64,000 nucleotides of DNA. Source: an uncultured Fibrobacteria bacterium. GTDB lineage: Bacteria > Fibrobacterota > Fibrobacteria > UBA11236. A model generated the notes under the pieces. It was not told the DNA's origin and ran no database searches. It saw only the letters and a program-made list of their open reading frames with translations. Numbering within the stretch: the stretch's first letter is position 1; every line of letters begins with the position of its first letter. The position numbers and the translations under genes are program-made. The DNA lies in NCBI GenBank assembly GCA_963716395.1, contig OY970309.1, positions 704,001 to 768,000 of the forward strand, in the 5' to 3' direction. Of the stretch, positions 60,978 to 64,000 are shown piece by piece.

Positions 60978-62209
60978 TGCTTTTCACACGCCCTTCATCC
61001 AACCATACGTGTTACGCGTGGTCGGTATTTTCCGTGCGCCGAACCGCATTCGCGGTGTTGCTCGGGTGGGCTGCGTCGGGTGCCCAAACGCCGGCCGCGG
61101 ACGCTGCTTGGGAAAACGCTTCCCCCGGCCCTTCGCAGGCTGCGAACCGGCTCGCCTATGTCGGTTATCAAACCGCGCTTTCAACCTATGTGTATGGATT
61201 GGCGTTTCCCCTGGCCTACGGAGCGGATCAACCGCGCGTGCTCATCGCCGCTCCACTCATCACCGCGCCCCTGGCTTTCGGCGCCCATGTGTGGCTGTCG
61301 CGGCGACTCGACCTCTCCGACGCCCATCTCAAGGGCACGATTTACGAGCCCTCGCTGGCCGTGTACGGAGCCACGGCCTTGCCCCTGGCGTTTACGCATA
61401 ATTTTCGCGACGGGTATCAAATCGGATCCGTGCTGGGGGCCATCGCCTACCCGCTGGGGCTGTGGTACGGCTACCACCTCGGCGACGTATATCAAAACAA
61501 TCCCCGGCAATTGGACACCAAGTTCAAATTTTCCTTGGGGTACGGGCTGCTCGGATTCATCACCCCGACGCTTTATTTTGAGCATCCCGGCGATCATTCC
61601 AACGACATCCTGCGCCTGGGATTGGGCCAAAGCGTCGGCTTCGCCGCCATGGGCCAGGCGGTGGCCGACTTCTACCGCAGCGGCCCCGACATGGCGCCGG
61701 GCGCCCCGCTCGGCATCGCCACGCAAACGGTACTGGGAGGCTTGGCCGGCCTCGAAGGCGCGGCTCTGGCCGACGCCTCGTCGGCGCGGCCCTGGACCGG
61801 CGCCGCGGTGCTCGGCGCTTCGCTCGGGTTCACCGCCGGGGTGTTCTTCTTTTATCCCAGCCATGACACCGAAGAGCGATCGGTGTACACCATGCTGGGG
61901 GCCTTGGGCGGCACCTTGATGGGGGCTGGCCTCGAGTTATTGCTCTACGACAAGCAGGCCTCGGATCGCGACCAGAAAGTTGCGTGGACCAGTTCGCTGA
62001 TCGGCGGGTCGTGGATTGGGTATTGGGCGACCTATCTCCTGACCATGGACATGACGGCGCCCGACGGGAAAAGGGCCATGCGGGAGACAAGGTCGGACGC
62101 GCCCATGCGCTGGGCCTTGAATCCCCTGCCGGAAATGGAGCCGGTGTGGTCTTACGGAGAAACCGCCTGGCGTTGGCGCATTCCGGGGCTAACGTATCGT
62201 TTTGACTAA
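60977..62209 (+). CDS. Hypothetical Gly/Ala-rich multi-helix membrane protein
   Basis: TAATG overlap with the PPIase gene; many hydrophobic GxxxG-type segments. Confidence 0.6.
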   Translation: MLFTRPSSNHTCYAWSVFSVRRTAFAVLLGWAASGAQTPAADAAWENASPGPSQAANRLAYVGYQTALSTYVYGLAFPLAYGADQPRVLIAAPLITAPLAFGAHVWLSRRLDLSDAHLKGTIYEPSLAVYGATALPLAFTHNFRDGYQIGSVLGAIAYPLGLWYGYHLGDVYQNNPRQLDTKFKFSLGYGLLGFITPTLYFEHPGDHSNDILRLGLGQSVGFAAMGQAVADFYRSGPDMAPGAPLGIATQTVLGGLAGLEGAALADASSARPWTGAAVLGASLGFTAGVFFFYPSHDTEERSVYTMLGALGGTLMGAGLELLLYDKQASDRDQKVAWTSSLIGGSWIGYWATYLLTMDMTAPDGKRAMRETRSDAPMRWALNPLPEMEPVWSYGETAWRWRIPGLTYRFD

Positions 62210-62357
62210 ACTCTGACGGTCGGGATTTTTGCTTGGGGCCGGAATTTTTCTGGGGAAACCGGCAAAATCAAAACGCCGAAGCCCCGGGATCCGAATACTT
62301 TAATCACACTGAAGGAGCCGGATTTGCCGCAACCTTTTCGCTTGTGGGTTTTTGTGT

Positions 62358-63632
62358 ATGAAGGTGATTGAGGTCGAACCGGCCGTGCCCAATGTGCTTC
62401 GGCTGTTTCTGGAGGCGCAACCCCGCCGCGACTTTCTGGCCAAAGCCACCGAAGCGCTGGCGCGCGAAAAGGCGTCGCATTACGCCACCGTCAACAAATT
62501 TTTGGAAAGCGAAATCAGCCAGGCCGGCCATCTGCTGGAAGCACTCGCCGATTTCCAGTCGTGGGTGGAAGAAGAACGCGAACTGAGCTTCGAAACGGAA
62601 AAGCAATACCGCGACCTCAAGGAACAGGTGCAGCAGCAATCGGTCGAATTGCATCGCGCCAAGGTGAAGCTCACCGATGTCAAAATCTCCGTATGCCGAT
62701 TCATCGCCGCGGTCGAGGCCCCGCGTAAAGCGTCGAAGGCGTTGCGCTCGCTCGAAGAGTGGATGGACGCCGCCACCATGGCCGAAATGCGATTGTCGCG
62801 CACGCTCGAGGTGAACCCTGATCCGGCCCGCCAGCAATTCCTCTCCCTGTTCACCACCTTCCGTTCGGTGCTGTGTTCGTTCGATGGACCCAGCCAGTTT
62901 TTACGGCAGTTGGAAGCGGCCTGGGCTTCGCTTGAGGCCTTGCATGAAAAGGTGCTACTGGAAACCGATGTGATGAAATCGGCCGAAAGGCTGGAACAAA
63001 CGCGCCAAGAGCTTTCCACCGTGAAGCTGGATTTGACCTCGTTGCAATCCCGCCTGCAAACCCAGGCGCAGCAGGCCGGCCACCTGGAGGTGCGCAAGAA
63101 ATCCCTGTGGAGCCGGCTGCTCCCCGCGGTGATAATTCTGGCGGCCGGCATCGGGGCCTATCTCTACTTGCGCAACGACGCCCACAACATGCACCGCCGC
63201 GCGGGCAGTGTCATCACCGAAGCCAGTTGCCAGGAGATCGCCGAACAGATCGCGCACTCGCCCCGTTATGCGGGACAGGTGCTCATCTTCCGCAAGTTCG
63301 GCCAGGACGTTTACTTCTCCGCCAATGCCATGACCTGCGAGAAACTGCATCGGCTCGATTCCACCCAGGTGGCGGCGCTGGCCGCGCTCTTGCAACTCGA
63401 TTACGAGAAGGGCAATCAGCAATCCAGCGTCTTCAACGGCCACCGCGTACTTCAGGTCAAAGACGTCGGTATCAACAAACTCGTGGTCGACTTGGCCAAC
63501 CCCACCAACGACGACGTGGAATTCAAACTGCGCGTGTTGGAATTGGCGACGTTGCTCAAGGCCGTCCTGCAATCCGATCCGGCCGGCGATGCCCTCATCG
63601 TCGATCTGCCGCCCCAAACTTCGGAACCTTGA
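62358..63632 (+). CDS. Hypothetical coiled-coil protein with single TM helix and C-terminal domain
   Basis: Long E/Q/L-rich heptads followed by LLPAVIILAAGIGAYLYL. Confidence 0.65.
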   Translation: MKVIEVEPAVPNVLRLFLEAQPRRDFLAKATEALAREKASHYATVNKFLESEISQAGHLLEALADFQSWVEEERELSFETEKQYRDLKEQVQQQSVELHRAKVKLTDVKISVCRFIAAVEAPRKASKALRSLEEWMDAATMAEMRLSRTLEVNPDPARQQFLSLFTTFRSVLCSFDGPSQFLRQLEAAWASLEALHEKVLLETDVMKSAERLEQTRQELSTVKLDLTSLQSRLQTQAQQAGHLEVRKKSLWSRLLPAVIILAAGIGAYLYLRNDAHNMHRRAGSVITEASCQEIAEQIAHSPRYAGQVLIFRKFGQDVYFSANAMTCEKLHRLDSTQVAALAALLQLDYEKGNQQSSVFNGHRVLQVKDVGINKLVVDLANPTNDDVEFKLRVLELATLLKAVLQSDPAGDALIVDLPPQTSEP

Positions 63633-63778
63633 TTCGGAAACGCGCGAAATTAGCGTTTCAACGATTTTTAAAGGCGCCTTCATCGCCTTGTGGTTGCGAG
63701 CGCGGCGGTAAATAGGGATATTTCCCCAGGGCGCTTGCGTATTGCGGGCGCGTCATTCACTTTTGGCGAGGCCCGATT

Positions 63779-64000
63779 ATGATCCATTCCGTCCCTTCCT
63801 CCGACGACTCCCTGGCGTCGATTGCCGATGTGCAGGGCCTTGAGGACACACGCCGCATCAGCATCGACAGGGTGGGCATCAAAGGCATCCGCTATCCGGT
63901 GCGGGTCAAAGACCGCAGCGGCGGGGAACAGCACACCATCGCCAACTTCGACATGTACGTGCATTTGCCGCACCACTTCAAGGGCACGCATATGAGCCGC
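63779..64000 (+). CDS. folE2: GTP cyclohydrolase FolE2 (type IB), 5' part; runs off the window edge
   Basis: Manual translation ...[27 protein letters not shown]....[16 protein letters not shown]. Not in the ORF track. Confidence 0.93.
   Translation, partial: MIHSVPSSDDSLASIADVQGLEDTRRISIDRVGIKGIRYPVRVKDRSGGEQHTIANFDMYVHLPHHFKGTHMSR

Noticed and set aside
1-64000. Many long overlapping or antisense ORFs (e.g. 243..1526, 13276..15288, 22108..23445, 23896..25299, 37282..38769, 47685..49205)
   Set aside because: These are shadow ORFs of well-supported genes in high-GC DNA; they are Arg/Gly/Ala-rich with no family motifs.
1-64000. CRISPR arrays, tRNA/rRNA genes, integrases, transposases, prophage genes
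   Set aside because: No regularly spaced repeats or recognisable signatures were seen by eye.

Overview
GC-rich bacterial chromosome segment, mostly housekeeping and metabolic genes. The C-terminal tails of the secreted proteins suggest an FCB-group (possibly Fibrobacterota-like) organism, but this is inference only. In order it holds: a putative sugar-acid catabolic cluster (SDR, GH88, XRE-cupin regulator, MFS, enolase-superfamily enzyme, OYE-like oxidoreductase); secreted proteins; carbonic anhydrase; a peptidase/propeller/Omp85-like protein; a fused glycyl-tRNA synthetase; and a deletion scar joining Phd-antitoxin and AAA-ATPase remnants. Next is a tightly coupled minus-strand operon (mntA-hepT-trpB-trpA-chorismate mutase-tyrA-vapBC-degenerate aroA-nadK-recN), then metK-ahcY with a SahR-like operator, an RND pump and uvrA. 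An accessory block follows with two related MITE-like elements, two small low-complexity genes with sigma28-like promoters, an MMPL transporter and a WD40/flavin reductase/FGE-fold/ATP-grasp operon. The window ends with a cyclophilin-FKBP fusion, two hypotheticals and the start of folE2. The best candidates for undescribed biology are the WD40-reductase-FGE-ATP-grasp operon, the catalytically eroded AroA homolog, and the TA modules wired into the aromatic amino acid/NAD kinase/recN operon. I saw no rRNA, tRNA or CRISPR array. All product calls come from reading motifs by eye; no database search was run.
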